The notes under the pieces are model-generated. The model had not been told where the DNA came from, did no database searches, and was given only the letters and a program-made list of their open reading frames with translations. A stretch of DNA of 64,000 bases from Phoronis australis (Eukaryota; Animalia; Phoronida), in the NCBI GenBank assembly GCA_002633005.1, contig NMRA01000095.1, forward strand, positions 177,901 through 241,900, given 5' to 3'. Shown in pieces: positions 1 through 14,115 of this stretch. Numbering within the stretch: position 1 is the stretch's first letter; every line of letters starts with the position of its first letter. The position numbers and the translations under genes are program-made.

Positions 1-912
1 AGGTGACACGCTGGTAAGTGTCATCAGAATTACACTTTGAGGTCAGCTCTTGTCTCGGCTGTTCTTGTCCTTTTTGACTCATAACTGCTACCTTTTCCCA
101 CTTTTCTTACATATTTGACCTACTTGTATGACTGGGATTACCTAGTGTGGTTGGCAAGTGTTCTGTCCTACTAAAGACTTGGTTATCTAAAATTGTTATG
201 CAGCACCTCTTCTAATACTGGTAAGCTGTGTCAAATGTACACAGAAAGTGTTGACAGAACTGCTTTAGCAAAGGATATCATTAAGCTATGGAACATAGTA
301 AATATTTAAAGATTTCAACAGGATAGGCTATTCACCCCTCTGTGGTGAATGGAAAATCCCAGTTTTGCCCACTCACTTCAGCACAGCCTTATGGAATTCA
401 GGCTGTGTGGAGGACATCCACTGAATTGATTTTTGTCTATTCATAATGAGTCTTCCACAGGCTGACTAAGCATGGCTGGCATATATTAGCTGCTACTGGT
501 GAAGTTCTAGGTCTATATTGTGTGTGGCTGTTTACATCATGTGAATCACCACACTGTTGACTGAGGTTGCTGTGGCCTTTGATGGTGGGCTCTGGGTTGC
601 CTCCATTCCCTGGCCATGGACGCCTGTGGTGAAGGACAGAGACCATCACCTACTGGTTCTACCTACATTGTGCTTCCTCTTAACCTGTGGCCAGTGTGCG
701 GATAGTGGGCTTGTGTAACACTGAGCAAATTTCTGTGATAACAAAGACAGACACTACAGCTGCAGTGAGGTGCCATGATTTTCCATGATGGGTTTCATTG
801 CACAGCATGATGGAATGAAGTGGATTGACACATGTTTGTTGGGTTTTGTCTGTTCTGCAGTAAACTAATCTTCAATTAGTAGAGAGGTGGTTTGGGAGAA
901 GAAGGAGTTAAA

Positions 913-1120
913 ATGCGCATTGTGAAGCTGTGCATATCTAGCTCTGGGATCTTCAAGGATCGCTTTGAGGTCTTGGTACGAGACTCTAGTTTGGAACTCC
1001 TGAAACCGGGTCTCTTGGAACGGGTATACAGCGAGATCCTGAACTTGGCCTCGTGTCGACATCGGGTTGTTGTTACTCTGCTCATGAATCAGACAAAGAT
1101 CAAAATCAAAATGGATATGG
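913..1120 (+). CDS. OTULIN/FAM105-family gene, probable first coding exon (MRIVKLC...KMDM)
   Basis: Acceptor ttctgcag ends at 860; in-frame TAG at 877-879 precedes ATG 913; phase-1 donor G|gtaggt at 1121 joins the exon at 9210 in frame. A donor gtaagt at 14 suggests an upstream UTR exon. No homology support for this peptide. Confidence 0.5.
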
Positions 1121-4100
1121 GTAGGTGATTTCAAGCTAATCCAGGGCAGCTGGAATACTATCTTCCTGAGCATTTTCATGTTGTTGTTTTGATAGCTTTG
1201 TGATTTTTGAATTAGGAGTGCCATGTACTTCACTTTCCTAATTATTATATTCTTGAAAATATTTGCTGTAACTGGAAGCTCCATGGTGAACCAAGATATC
1301 TCTTCTGATTTCATTACTTGACTGCATAATACCTTTTGTTTACAAACCTGAAGCAGTACAGTGACCCTATCTGACTCACCTTCATTATGAGCAATGCACA
1401 TTAGGGCTGGGCTGTCATTTTATAGACTGTACAAGTGAAAATACTTATTCCTTGTTTGCTACATTTTTTGTGTTGGAATTGCATGCTACTGTACTCACTA
1501 CCTATCTGAGTCCGTCTACTTGGTACGGAGTTTTAACAAGCATATTTGTGCCCTCTTTTAATTTCAGGCAACCTTTGGCTCTGTTCTATCCACTCTATAT
1601 TTGTTTAGCCAGCATAATATCCTTTGGTACTGAGTACCATGTATTGTGCAAAATCCAGTTTGGCTTGTGCTTTGCAGTTTTAGGGATAGATTGCACTCTT
1701 ATGCAATGCGTAACTCCCCAACAGCTTGATCTGTTCTTATCACACCATCCTTGCTCTCAACTGCATTTCCGACATCTTTTAATTTTAAGAAGTTGATAAC
1801 GCTGCTCTGTGATAAACTGATGTCCATTATTTTGAGTTTCACAGGTTATCTTGTAGGAGGCTATCAAATTAATGGCTGCCTTCCAAACATCGTAGATCTC
1901 AGAAACGGCTGAAACTTTCAGGTGCTATGCTTTTTCCACTGTCCTCAAAATCCGTATTAGGAAGTTTTTTAAAAATGTCCTACTTTTGTCTGAGGGGCTT
2001 TGAAAAAATAGGAACTCCTTTTGATTTTCATGAAAAATCTTTAAAGTTGCATCTGATATTTTAGAAAAAAAATAGTGTTTTGATATTTCACCTTCAATAT
2101 TTACATCAAATAAAATTTGATAATTGTATTGATACCAGTGTTTTGCCATCCCACAATGTACCTTTCTTTTTTTCTATTTTTCCTAAATTCTGCTGAAAAT
2201 GCAATGCCATCTGAACTAAGTTTAGATTGGTAAAATGTCAAACATCATTCTACAAATTGTTTTCTTTCAGAAAATATATGCTTTTACAGAGTTGAAGTCT
2301 ATAGTTTCCAAAATATTTTTGTGAATGCTCAGAGTTGTCAATCAGGTCCTCCTAGATAACCTTAAATTGTAGGTAAGTTTGTTATGATGAAGCCATAGGT
2401 GCATGTATAACATCCTGTTGGTGAGTAAATAGTGCTGTTGGAAACCTCAGGAGGGTAGGCTGAAAATTGCTCAACCTACATGACTTCTAAATATAGACCT
2501 GAACATGGGTTCCTTGCCAAGGTCATGGGATGCAATGTGTTCTGTGGAGATGCTGTTGTGTTCTCTTATTCAGATGAAGGTGTTTAAGCTAGGAAGTACT
2601 CTTTACCCACAGAATAGTTAAATCGAACAACTCAATCATTTAGAAAAGGTGTATAGTACCATTTCTGCTCTTCAACTAAGTTTGCTATTTGTCCGTTTCT
2701 TTTGCACTCATACACTTTAATGCTGGTGTGACTTGATTCTGATTATGTGTCATTGTGTACTCATGGCTTTTCGCTTAAGAGTTCAGTTGAATAAAGCAAA
2801 CATTATTAAAAGATGTATACTTTTTCAGCTGTAATGTGGTGCAAAATGTGAGAACATTGTGACAAGGGATTTTATATTCCACATGCATTGACCACAAACA
2901 GCCATTGCCCTGCTCACTAGCTGTCAGAAGTCGGAATCAGTTGATATGCCTTCCCCGCTGAGGGTCCTTCAATACAGTGCAGAATGTGAGAAAAGACAGT
3001 TACAATTGCCCTTGGTATTGTGAGGATGTTGATGACATTTTTTGCCAATTAAATTGCATAGCATCACTACATTACTCAGTTTGGTGGAAATCACACAACA
3101 ACTTAATATTATGCATGTCTTGGGTTTCACCAGCTCTCAAACATTTTTCTCTGCTATATTTTGAAACAGGATCATGGTGATGTGGATGGGATTGATGCAA
3201 GTATACCTAAACCTGCTACACTTCTCTTGACATTCCCAGTATGTCATTGACCTGAATATGGCAATGATCTATGGTCTGTCTATTAAAACTTGGTTCATTC
3301 AACTCAGTGTCAGTGCAATGTCATTAAAACTTCCTGGTCTATGTTACTTAAGATAGGCTCTCACATATTAAAGCATCCCTTGGGTCAGTAACTGATCCAA
3401 GTGGAAGAGAATATGGACCAGGAATCTGAAGAATGTATAATAAATTGGGGGCTCATGAATGGCAGCAAGCGCTCAGTTCTGAATAGCTTTCAGCAAGCAA
3501 ATGCTCACGGACATAGCCAGCACTCGCGATCACTATCTATAGGCTGTTGGTTTAGAAATTCAAGATGGCATCTGTCCTCAAAGTTTCAAGGTGATTATCT
3601 TGAACAATGGCAACGGAATACGATGTACTCTAAGTAAGGCACGACAAAATTGCTGGTGGTGATTATCTTAAATTAGGTACAGAAATAATTAATTATTTAA
3701 CTTGATTATTCGAAAGCTTGCTTTTTATTGATTGTAGTGGCCTAAATCTGTATTAACTAGGGACCTAGTGTTTATTGCATTTCTGACACTGCCAAGACCC
3801 AATAAATATCGAGAAAAATGCCTCCTGTGGATTGAAGCATGCAGGAAATCGCATAGCCTGTATTGAACATGGACATTGTCAATGGACACTGCCATCTTTG
3901 TGTTTGCTCAAAAGTAAGCGAGCTGTAATTAGCAAGTATTTGATTTATTTATATATTCCCATTAAAATACAGGTATGTATTGAGTTGTCCAAAGGATTCC
4001 TTGGTACTGCTTCCGCTGGGAATGCTTCATGGTCGATGACTTCACTAGTGATGCTGCTTGCTCCGTTCCATGGGAATTTCACCTTTTATCTTTCCAAAGC

Positions 4101-4718
4101 AACCAAAGTTCTCCTCAATTCCTGGGAAATCATAATTATACGTCGTGACCTTCATCAAGGAGCTCGGAAATTCTCAAATTTTATGGAAAGAGCTAGAATC
4201 ATCCTTGAAAATTTTTTCGTAGTTGTAAAAATAAATTTTCAAGACTGTTTAATTTTTGTTTAATTTTTATGAGTTAACATGTGGTCCAACTTTTAACGTA
4301 AGTCTCCCGCTTGTCCCAAACCTAGGTGCACTCTTTGACTTGAAAACGTGACAGTTTACTTAAACAGGCCTTTAATACAAAACTGGTGGTTGTTGTTAAT
4401 TCTGTTTTGGTTTCATTGATCTCCTAAATATGTGGTAGAATCTAACTTTGGTGATCTGTGTAAGTTCCTGGCAATATCTGTGCATGGTACGCAGCTTTGT
4501 ATATCGGTCAGTTTAGTCGTGATAGACCAGCAGGTGAGCTGGCTCACTTGCTTAGGGGCGGAATACTTGAGCAAGCCTTAGTCTTTGTCTAGGACCAGTA
4601 CAAAATACACATTAATTCATGGTATGATGGTCAAATTTGTCAAACCAATCTCGTCATTTGTTTTACTGTTTTACTCTCTGATGGAATGCTCAAATCAGTG
4701 ATAATAGTGTTTCTCTAA

Positions 4719-5127
4719 AGGGCCTTTCATACTAATGTCGACGCGTCGATGGTTTGGGGAGTTGCGGCGCAGTATGAACGCTCAACTCTGGTCCAATCAA
4801 AGTTATCGCCAGGTGCCACTGTTATCGTCAACAGTTACAGAGTAGTGCCGTCACTAATAACTACTTATTTTTTGCTCTAATGATAACCAATCGATTTAAA
4901 AATGAGTTTAATGTCATTTAGCACATTTAAATGTTCCCAAATTGTTACTTTGAATAAAATCTTAGCGTGCAGTGCTACCTTGCGATAACTTCGATGACGT
5001 CAGCGTCACCAACCCTTTACTCCGATGGTCATTAACTACTGAAGCCAGTATGAACGGTCCAGTTAACTGCGATGTTTACATCGACGCTCTGCTCAGACCG
5101 GAGTTAAGTGACAATATGAAAGGGCCT
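4719..5127. mobile_element. PIF/Harbinger-like MITE (shorter copy)
   Basis: Imperfect TIR agggcctttcata / tatgaaagggcct flanked by TAA on both sides. Confidence 0.7.
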
Positions 5128-6687
5128 TAATGTTGCAGTAAGGCAATGTAAGTGAAACACTCCTGACACATGTTGCCCAAACACATAATCAATTCTGGCC
5201 TTCACTTTTCTTGAGGTGTTTTGGTTGCACATTGCTTTAAAAAATCATGGGGTCTGACCTTGACCCAAACTGCATCACTTGCCTAAGTTAAAAAACATTT
5301 TTTAATTAATTTTTGTCAAGCAAGTAGCTATTGTAACTAATGTGGCAAGTCAATTATTTAAAAAATACCTTTGTATACCTTTGAAAAAAAAATTAATTGA
5401 AAGTGTTGCAGGTTGGTGCTTTTCCTGTGGTCAGACGCAGGTTTCACAATGAGATAGGTGCAGACCAGAACCAATTAGGAAAATGTCAGTGGCCTTTTGA
5501 TTTTACTTCATTTTATCTTGTCTGATGTTGATGACAATGTTAACTTCAAGCCCTTAGGAAGCTTTAGTTTACCTTCCAGGAAAATGCAAGAACGGTCTCT
5601 TTATCTTTGCTGTTTTAATGAACTTAAATGATTGAGGTTAGTGACCTCTTGGCAGCTGGCTTTCTGAGTGCTTCAGACTGTATGTCCATTCTTGGATTGG
5701 CTCAATAACCAATCTGGTTGCTAAGGGATGTTTTCCATTATATTTACCATCACCTCAGAAATGAAGCAAAATCCTCCCTGCTGCTGACCTCCAACCACAT
5801 ACTAAGACTTGCNTGCCTCCTGTGGATTGAAGCATGCAGGAAATCGCATAGCCTGTATTGAACATGGACATTGTCAATGGACACTGCCATCTTTGTGTTT
5901 GCTCAAAAGTAAGCGAGCTGTAATTAGCAAGTATTTGATTTATTTATATATTCCCATTATAAAATACAGGTATGTATTGAGTTGTCCAAAGGATTCCTTG
6001 GTACTGCTTCCGCTGGGAATGCTTCATGGTCGATGACTTCACTAGTGATGCTGCTTGCTCCGTTCCATATAAGGGAATTTCACCTTTTATCTTTCCAAAG
6101 CAACCAAAGTTCTCCTCAATTCCTGGGAAATCATAATTATACGTCGTGACCTTCATCAAGGAGCTCGAAAATTCTCAAATTTTATGGAAAGAGCTAAAAT
6201 CATCCTTGAAAATATTTTCGTAGTTGTCAAAATAAATTTTCAAGACTGTTAAAGAATTTGATTTTTATGAGTTAACATGTGGTGCAACTTTTAACGTAAG
6301 TCTCCCGCTTGTCCCAAACCTTGGTGCACTCTTTGGCTTGAAAACGCAACAGTTTAGTTAAACAGGCCTTTAATACAAAACTGATGGTTGTTGTTAATTC
6401 TGTTTTGGTTTCATTGATCTCCTAAATGTGTGGTAGAATCTAACTTTGGTGATCTGTGTAAGTTCCTGGCAATATCTGTGCATGGTACGCAGCTTTGTAT
6501 ATCAGTCAGTTTAGTCGTGATAGACCAGCCTAGGGGCGGAATACCTGAGCAAGCCTTAGTCTTTGTCTAGTACATACACATTAATGCATGGCATGAAGGT
6601 CAGATTTGACAAACCAATCTCGTCATTTGTTTTACTGTTTTACTCTCTGATGGACTGCTCAAATCAGTGATAATAGTGTTTCTCTAA

Positions 6688-7197
6688 AGGGCCTTTCATA
6701 CTAATGTCGACGTGTTGATGGTTTGGGGAGTTGCGGTCAGTGTGAACGCTTAACTCCGGTCCTGGATCGCAGTTAACAGCTCCAGTTAACATCACAGTTA
6801 ACAGGTGGATTTAAGACCGCAGTGTCGACGCTGCGGTGCAGTATGAACGCTCAACTCCGGTCCAATCGAAGTTATCGCCAGGTGCCACTGTTATCGTCAA
6901 CAGTTACAGAGTAGTGCCGTCACTAATAACTAGTTATTTTTTGCTCTAATGATAACCAATCTATTTAAAAAAGAGTTCAATGTCATTTAGCACATTTAAA
7001 TGTTCCCAAATTGTCACTTTGAATAAAATCTTAGCGTGCAGCACTACCTTGCGATAACTTCGATGACTTCAGCGTCACCAACCCTTTACTCCGATGGTCA
7101 TTAACTACTGAAGCCAGTATGAACGGTCCAGTTAACTGTGCTGTTTACGTCGACGCTCCGGAGCTCAGACCGGAGTTAAGTCAATATGAAAGGGCCT
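6688..7197. mobile_element. PIF/Harbinger-like MITE (longer copy)
   Basis: Same TIRs and TAA TSD, plus ~100 bp of extra internal sequence. Confidence 0.7.
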
Positions 7198-8372
7198 TAA
7201 TGTTGCATTAAGGCAATGTAAGTGAAACACTCCACACATGTTGACCAAACACATAATTAATTCTGGCCTTCACTTTTCTTGAGGTGTTTTGGTTGCACAT
7301 TACTTTAAAAAATCATGGGGTCTGACCTTGACCCAAACTGCATCACTTGCCTAAGTTAAAAAACATTTTTTAATCAATTATTGTCATGCAAGTAGCTATT
7401 GTAACTAATGAGGCAAGTCAATTATTTAAAAAATAACTTTGTATACCCTTTGAAAAAAATTTAATTGAAAGTGTTGCAGGTTGGTGCTTTTCCTGTGCTG
7501 AGGCGCAGGTTTCACAATGAGATAGGTGCAGACCAGAACCAATTAGGAAATTGTCGGTGGCCTTTTGATTTTACATACTTCATTTTATCTTGTCTGATGT
7601 TGATGACAATGTTAACTTCAAGCCCTTAGGCAGCTTTAGTTTACCTTCCAGGAAAATGCAAGAACTTCTCTTTATCTATGCTGTTTTAGTGAAATTAAAT
7701 GAATGAGGTTAGTGACCTCTTAGCAGCTGGTTTTCTGAGTGCTTCAGACTGCCTCTCCATTCTTGGATTGGCTCAATAACCAATCTGGTTGCTAAGGGAT
7801 GTTTTCCATTATATTTACCATCACCTCAGAAATGAAGCAAAATCCTCCCTGCTGCTGACCTCCAACCACATACTAAGACTTGCAGGCATCTGGGTCATCT
7901 CCCAGTGGCCACAGACTAGCCACAGGCTGGCATTGTGGTTTGTTTTCTCTTGAATGTCACAGTGACCAGACTTAGCAATTTCCACAAGTTCTTGTCAGAT
8001 TTATAGTAAACAGCTGATATTACATTCTGTATCTCCGAGTTATGCTAGGCAACACGCAGTGTTCTTCTGATTTTGCACTATCAGCATTGTAAAGAAATGG
8101 ATGTGACTTGGATCCATACAACACAGGGCCACTGTCTCCATGAGTGCCATATACATTTCAAAGGGTTGGATTCCTCAGTTGCTGCTTGTGGACCTTGTGA
8201 AACTGCTGTTATTTTGTTGTGTGTGCTGGGCAGCTGTTGAGTCACCAGAGTGGATGGCAGAGGCTTGCCTGTGACATCTCTGGTATTTTCACAGACTTGT
8301 AGTCTGTTGTTTTTGAAACCCTTGAGTAAGCAAGCAACAGCTCTCAAGTCAGCACTTCTGAGTGGCCAGCAT

Positions 8373-8420
8373 CTCAGGGTCAGACCATCTGAGGCTCTCA
8401 GGGTCAGACCATCTGAGGCT
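8373..8420. repeat. 24-bp tandem repeat, 2 copies
   Basis: ctcagggtcagaccatctgaggct repeated twice. Confidence 0.8.
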
Positions 8421-9209
8421 GGTGCTGTCAGTGGTTTGTGAGTGCCTTTGAGGCTAACACACTGACACAGCAGGGCATTATCTGTGGAGTCCCTTCAGCT
8501 GCTCAGTTATAAGTTTATGCTGGTATGGTTATCCACTATTGTGAGCTGTCTCCAGGCTATGTGCTATTTAAATTCATCTCAAACCAGTGAGACCACCCTC
8601 CTGGACAGTGATACCCTACCATGGTTCAGATGCAGGGTGCAAGCCAAGTGCAAGTGGAGTCTAACAGTGGATTTTGCTGCAAGGATTTAGGTCTCCAGAC
8701 TGCCTGCTTATTTCTAACTATTGACCTGTCTGTTGACCATATGGCTGCATATGGCATGATTATTCTTAGCAAGGAACCTATATTCATTAATGCAATATCC
8801 TACAAGATGCTGTGAGAACACATGCTCTGGCACTTCTAGTAGTTCACATTTCGAACACTTGTGGTTTTTATCAAAGCTGCTATGAGATAGCCACTGTATT
8901 TTTCAAGGTGTATGTATGGAATAAAAAGTGATGTGAGTCAACTGCTGGGTAATGTGGATACCAGGTGTGAATCCTAGTGTTAACACTGGGTTTCTGTAGT
9001 GAGCTAATGATGGCTATTAATTACAGGAACTGATTAACACCAGTACTACTGGGAAACTGAATATAATCAAGGCGCATTGCTGTTCTGTTCATATGGCCAC
9101 ATTCACAACTTTTTCAGTTCCAATCACTCGACTGCGACTGAGTGGAAAATGATGCCCACAACAACACCGACTTTTGTTATTGTTACTAGTGTTTTGTTTC
9201 TGGTTTCAG

Positions 9210-9454
9210 TCAAGAACACCAGTTTCATATGTCTGCTTGGCATCGGATTAGGTTTGGGGCTTGGCTCTCTCCTGATCTATAAGTTGTACGACTGCTTATG
9301 GGCAAGCTCAAAAGGAAACACCAGTGGCAGTGGCTCGAGTGCTTCGACGACGTGTAAAGACACAGATTCTAAGAACAACAACAATAACGAGTGTTTGGGC
9401 AAAGAGAAATCGGAAAAACGAAAGTTGAGAAAGAGGCACCACACAAACAGAAAG
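9210..9454 (+). CDS. OTULIN/FAM105-family gene, exon with transmembrane helix (FICLLGIGLGLGLGSLLIY) and basic tail
   Basis: Acceptor tggtttcag; phase-0 donor AAG|gtaagg, in frame with the exon at 15888. Hydrophobic Gly-rich helix followed by a K/R-rich segment. Confidence 0.7.
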
Positions 9455-9699
9455 GTAAGGTTTCAAATTGTCGGTTTCAGTAAACGTTCTTCAATGTGGG
9501 ACAGAAATAATTGCGTAAATTGCCATATTTCTGTGTTTCAGAGGCTTGCCACACAGTTGCCAATGCTCAGAAATTTTCCAAATGTTGTTCATTACTTTAA
9601 TGGAAAAGTTATTTTTTGAGAATTTTGACGAAATCAGTGAACACTAGTTACCATCTTTGAGAACATAATGAAGGCCATATTGAACCTTATCGATTATTG

Positions 9700-9855
9700 T
9701 ATATTTAGCCAAATATCTACACAACTATAGGTGTTAACTCTACAAAAGTATACATTTTCTGAAAGTATAGACCGCCTGTAGGATATTGATGTTAGACTAT
9801 AATCTGCCATTAATACATTGGGTCACATGGTTGTGTCTTTATAGAAATTTAGCAA
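9700..9855. repeat. Dispersed repeat fragment, related copy at ~14710-14855
   Basis: Shared blocks gccaaatatctaca.aactat, ttaactcta.aaaa, ttctgaa and aaatttagcaa. Confidence 0.6.
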
Positions 9856-10642
9856 GTACATCCATATCCAAACCGCATTATCAATGATGCGATCAAATTT
9901 CATTAGTTATACACGTTTATTTATATGCTATTCTTATCTTCATTGGAACAATTTTTTAGCTTCTAATTTTTGCAGTGCCCACACATGTATCCTTCAAAAT
10001 GTAACTTTTGTAATAGGAAGCGCAAGTTTACCACAAACAACAAGATTATCAGAAAGGTGCCCCTGTGGCTTGATTAAGGATATGTAATTTTGTAGTCTGG
10101 ATCAACTTGTAAGTTTCTGTATTTTATTTGGCGAAGACAAATGAACAGTAGTGAGAGTACTGTAATGTTTTTCTTCACCAAGCTCTTTCAGACTGAGGTC
10201 AAAGTTCACCGTCTGTGGTTATGTACTAGAGGTCAGGTGCCCTAATGTTCTTAAGAGCACAATATGGCGGAACAGTGAAATTTTATTCTATGAACTTCTT
10301 CAACAAAAATAGAAAGGGTGTCGACTTGATTTGATTATTTGAATGTATAGCTTTCAACCACAAATACATGTCTTGATATACTTTGAGCACACTTAACAAC
10401 AGGGCGATTTTTGAGAAATGGTAAAATGTCAGTTTGCACTTTGTGTAATTTGGTAGTGATGAGCTCACCCATCACTAAGTGGCAGAACAAGTACCTGACT
10501 GCTTTCAGGGCTGTCTTTTGCAACTGCTCACTTGGGAAACGCCTTTGGGCAGTGTGACATTGGCTATCTTTTAGTCTGTTAGCAATGTTTCAAACCTAAA
10601 CCCCCTAGGATATATTGTGCACCATTACCAGAGATTCACAAT

Positions 10643-11381
10643 CAGGCCTTTATGCAGCGTACGTCCCAAATGGACGCCCTAGCACTAATCTGGCCTCCCT
10701 GGCAAGGACGCCCAATGTATCATTTGGACGCCCACTGTCAATCGGAACCTTTCAAGTTTTCATGATTTTCATCTTTTTTAAAAAACATCAAAAGCGAAAT
10801 AAATGTCATTATTTTAATACAATATTGTGCCTCAAGAATATGCCCATTTAATTTTTTTGAGTTTGGGCTCATTTCATGCTTTTTAATGTGCGTTTTAAAG
10901 TTTTAATATGGAACAACAGTGACACCTCTTGCCAAAATATAAATCACACATCATATGTGCATTTTTCTTGTTTTGTAACTGCAGCTCTGATGACTCATTT
11001 TACAGAATATTACTTAAAGCAAATTAAAATGATATGACAAAGTTTATAACATCAACTTGACTTCAGATCACCAAAAACAGTGCACTCATCGTGTAACCAA
11101 TGTCTCTAATATTTCGTTGGTAAGCTACTTGACTGATTTCGTAAAGTTAGATAGGTCTACACATTTTTTTGTAAAAAGCTCACTACAGAAGGCTGTTTTG
11201 TAAACTTCGATGTAAAAACCTAGGTCTACGCACTTTTTGTAAAAAAATCTTGAGTATGGGGGGGGGGGTTGCTAGTGAACGGTCCTGGGGGTGAGGATTA
11301 TGCGTCGGAATCGTGGACGCCCTGGAATATTGGGAACCCCATTTTAGACACCCTATTTTCGAAATCCTGGATAAAGGCCTG
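10643..11381. mobile_element. hAT-like non-autonomous element
   Basis: TIR caggcctttatgcag / ctggataaaggcctg; 8-bp TSD ttcacaat / ttcaaaat (7/8). Confidence 0.8.
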
Positions 11382-13988
11382 TTCAAAATGTTTATTAAAG
11401 CATCACAAAGACTGTAGCTGATTGTACTCTTCACTGTGATGAATGATGGACATGTTTCAGCCACCATCACACATGGATGCATTGGAGTAACTGGGAAGCA
11501 TGGGTGAGGTCTGATAAATGTTCACTACATACTGTTCATATTATGGTGATTAAAACTTTTCTCTAGCATCCCGCGCTCGCTCTTCCTTTTACTATTGAAA
11601 ATTAATCGTAAGTTTTGCGGGGAGTTTTTTTAGTTGTTCGATGAGCAACTAGCGCAAGAATGAAAGTTTTTGATGTGCTGCCATGTACTGGTACTGAGCT
11701 CAGATAAGTTGGTGCTGTAAAGTATTGGGAGTTTTGATTAAGCAGAAAAAATGGTCAAGACGAGCTTGGATTTAGGTTATTACTGGTAGATGTGATTTGT
11801 GTGTCCGAGGGAAAAACTGTCAGTTTGTTATAGGCCTATTTAAACAATTTTGTCTAATTTACTTTCTCCAAAGGTATTTTGAACATTTGCAATTGATCTC
11901 TATAAAACTAGAATTAATAAAATCAGCAACTTCTCATACCAGCAGTGCTGGCGCCTTGAGCACCTTCTGAAAGCGTCATCTTACCTCAATTAGTAAGCTG
12001 CCTTCTCTCACTTTTCTGCTCTGAAAACCCAACTCAATGTGTGAGACGATTGCAGGTTTTCAGTGCCAGTCTAGTAACATAAGAATTTGGCATTTGACTA
12101 AACGCGATGCCAGAGACAAGTATGGACAGTAATATCTGGTCAGTTTAGGACAAAATATGGCTCACAAATGACGTTTTATTCTATACTTTTTCAAAAATGA
12201 TAAGCAACATCAAAACGATGTTTTCAATGTTTTAACCATTCACAACAATGTCAGAAGCCTTTGAAAAATATGACTCGATTTTGGCGATTGCTTTCGTTCG
12301 AAATAGGTTAGAGTTTCTTGTAGTAAATACCCACGATTCATGTAGTGATTGGATTGAGTGATTTGATCAAAGTATTATGCGTCTGCTTTGAAGATCACAT
12401 TGCCAGAAAACACTAGAGATCCCACATTCATCTAAAACTGTTGCCATGGATTCACATTGTGGAATTTTTGGAGTTTACTTGAAGTTGGGCTGTGTCAAAG
12501 CAAGGTGTTACCCTATGCTAGCTCAGAATGACCCTTAATTTACACACTAAGAAGATGAAATGAAGTGAGTGTCGTGGAAAATGCAGGAATATACCCAAGA
12601 TGTGGAACTTGTGTTTTGTTTCTTTAAGTTTATTTCTTACACTGCATCAAACTTGCACCCAAGATGTGGTATACATCAACTTAATTTTACTTGTATCTTT
12701 TTGAACTTGTAAATTTTATCAAATGATGCAAACATTGAAGTTTGGGAGAACACGGCTATAAATTTGTTGTACTCATCGCTTGTACAATAATTCAACTGCA
12801 CACTCCAATCAGGGTATGGCTTGTACAACAGCCATTGCATTTTTCTTACAATCTGTATTCAATTCGAACCGGGCAAAGGATATCTGTTTCGATGTGTATT
12901 TGAAGTGTGGTGTTCCCCTAGCTGCAGACCAGCAGCGTGGTATGGGATCTGGAGGCTGAGGACTAGAGCTTGTTCATCGGGCACAATGCATTCTCAGTGC
13001 TTGGTGAGGGCTGCTGGTCTGGGAATCTGTACCGGTGTCTGCTGCTCCGAGTGTTGAGTTTTGGGGAGTTGTTGCTCGACAATTGAGGCATTGTCAGTGT
13101 GGATTTATGAGTTGCGATAAACCAAAATGTATGGAGCAAAAGACGAGCATGTAATCGGCACGTGACGTACCGCCCACGTATAATTTGAATCAAAACTACG
13201 AAGTTACAGGATCCAGATATTCCTCGAATTGACCCATAGATTGACCCATAGATTTCAGGCTTCGTGGGTCAATTGTTCCATTGGTATGTTTTTCTAAAAT
13301 CATCCCTGTGTTCAAAATTACGTAATTGGAAAGTCAATGAACAGTTTAATTACACCATTGGTTTGACACTTTCTAAATATTATCGATTAATCTCTCAGTT
13401 ATTCTACGGTTCCTATGTCTTGTTCTTAATGCAAATATTCGCTCGTGCAATGAACTCAGTTTAATAGTTGGCAATGTTTCATGGATGTTTAAGAGTTCCT
13501 GTTGCAGAGGTTTGACCTTTCGCTGTTATGCTTCAAATTGCTTTAATTAACACTGTTAGTAATGGGCGCAGCCATTCATGCATGACTAGAGGGGATAGAA
13601 GTTGTCTACCCTGTCTAGTTTACGGCAAAATCTATGGAAGCAGAATATCTAATTAAAAAAACATTTTCCGCGGATGTTATTTCATGACAATTTGATAATT
13701 TTATCTCTGGTGCTGTCATCAATTATCAAATGCCTTGGTGGGGAGGACTCTGCTCCTAAACATTCAGTTGTAATGCACATAACTTCAATAGATGGGAAGG
13801 TGAACATTTTTGACATTAAGTTACAATAAGTTAAAGTGCAGATCCTTGAGTTTTCTTAAAGAGACAGATTTCCATGTTAGGTGATGTTTCCATGGCGACT
13901 GTGATCTCTTTCTATGGAACAACAAAAAAGGACTGTAAACAACCAGACTAAGGGTTCAGATCTTATTTCAGCTCTCACATCCAAAGCG

Positions 13989-14115
13989 AATGACATGCAC
14001 AATGACATGCACAATGACATGTACAATGACATGTACAGTGACATGCACATTGACATGCGCAGTGACATGCGCAGTGACATGCACAATGTCATGCACAATG
14101 ACATGCACAATGCAC
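13989..14115. repeat. 12-bp minisatellite (aatgacatgcac)n, ~10 copies
   Basis: Read directly; explains the NDMH and MSLC repeat ORFs. Confidence 0.9.

Larger units (their letters stand above)
3819..7883. repeat. ~2-kb direct duplication (3819-5812 / 5814-7883) joined at an N; likely uncollapsed haplotypes
   Basis: Both copies begin tgcctcctgtgg and end ctaagacttgc; N at 5813; scattered SNPs and indels between copies. Confidence 0.9.

Noticed and set aside
865-1401. 178-aa minus-strand ORF
   Set aside because: No recognisable domain; overlaps a better-supported + strand exon.
3832-4263. 143-aa ORF present in both duplicated copies
   Set aside because: Non-ATG start, no recognisable domain, frameshifted in the second copy.
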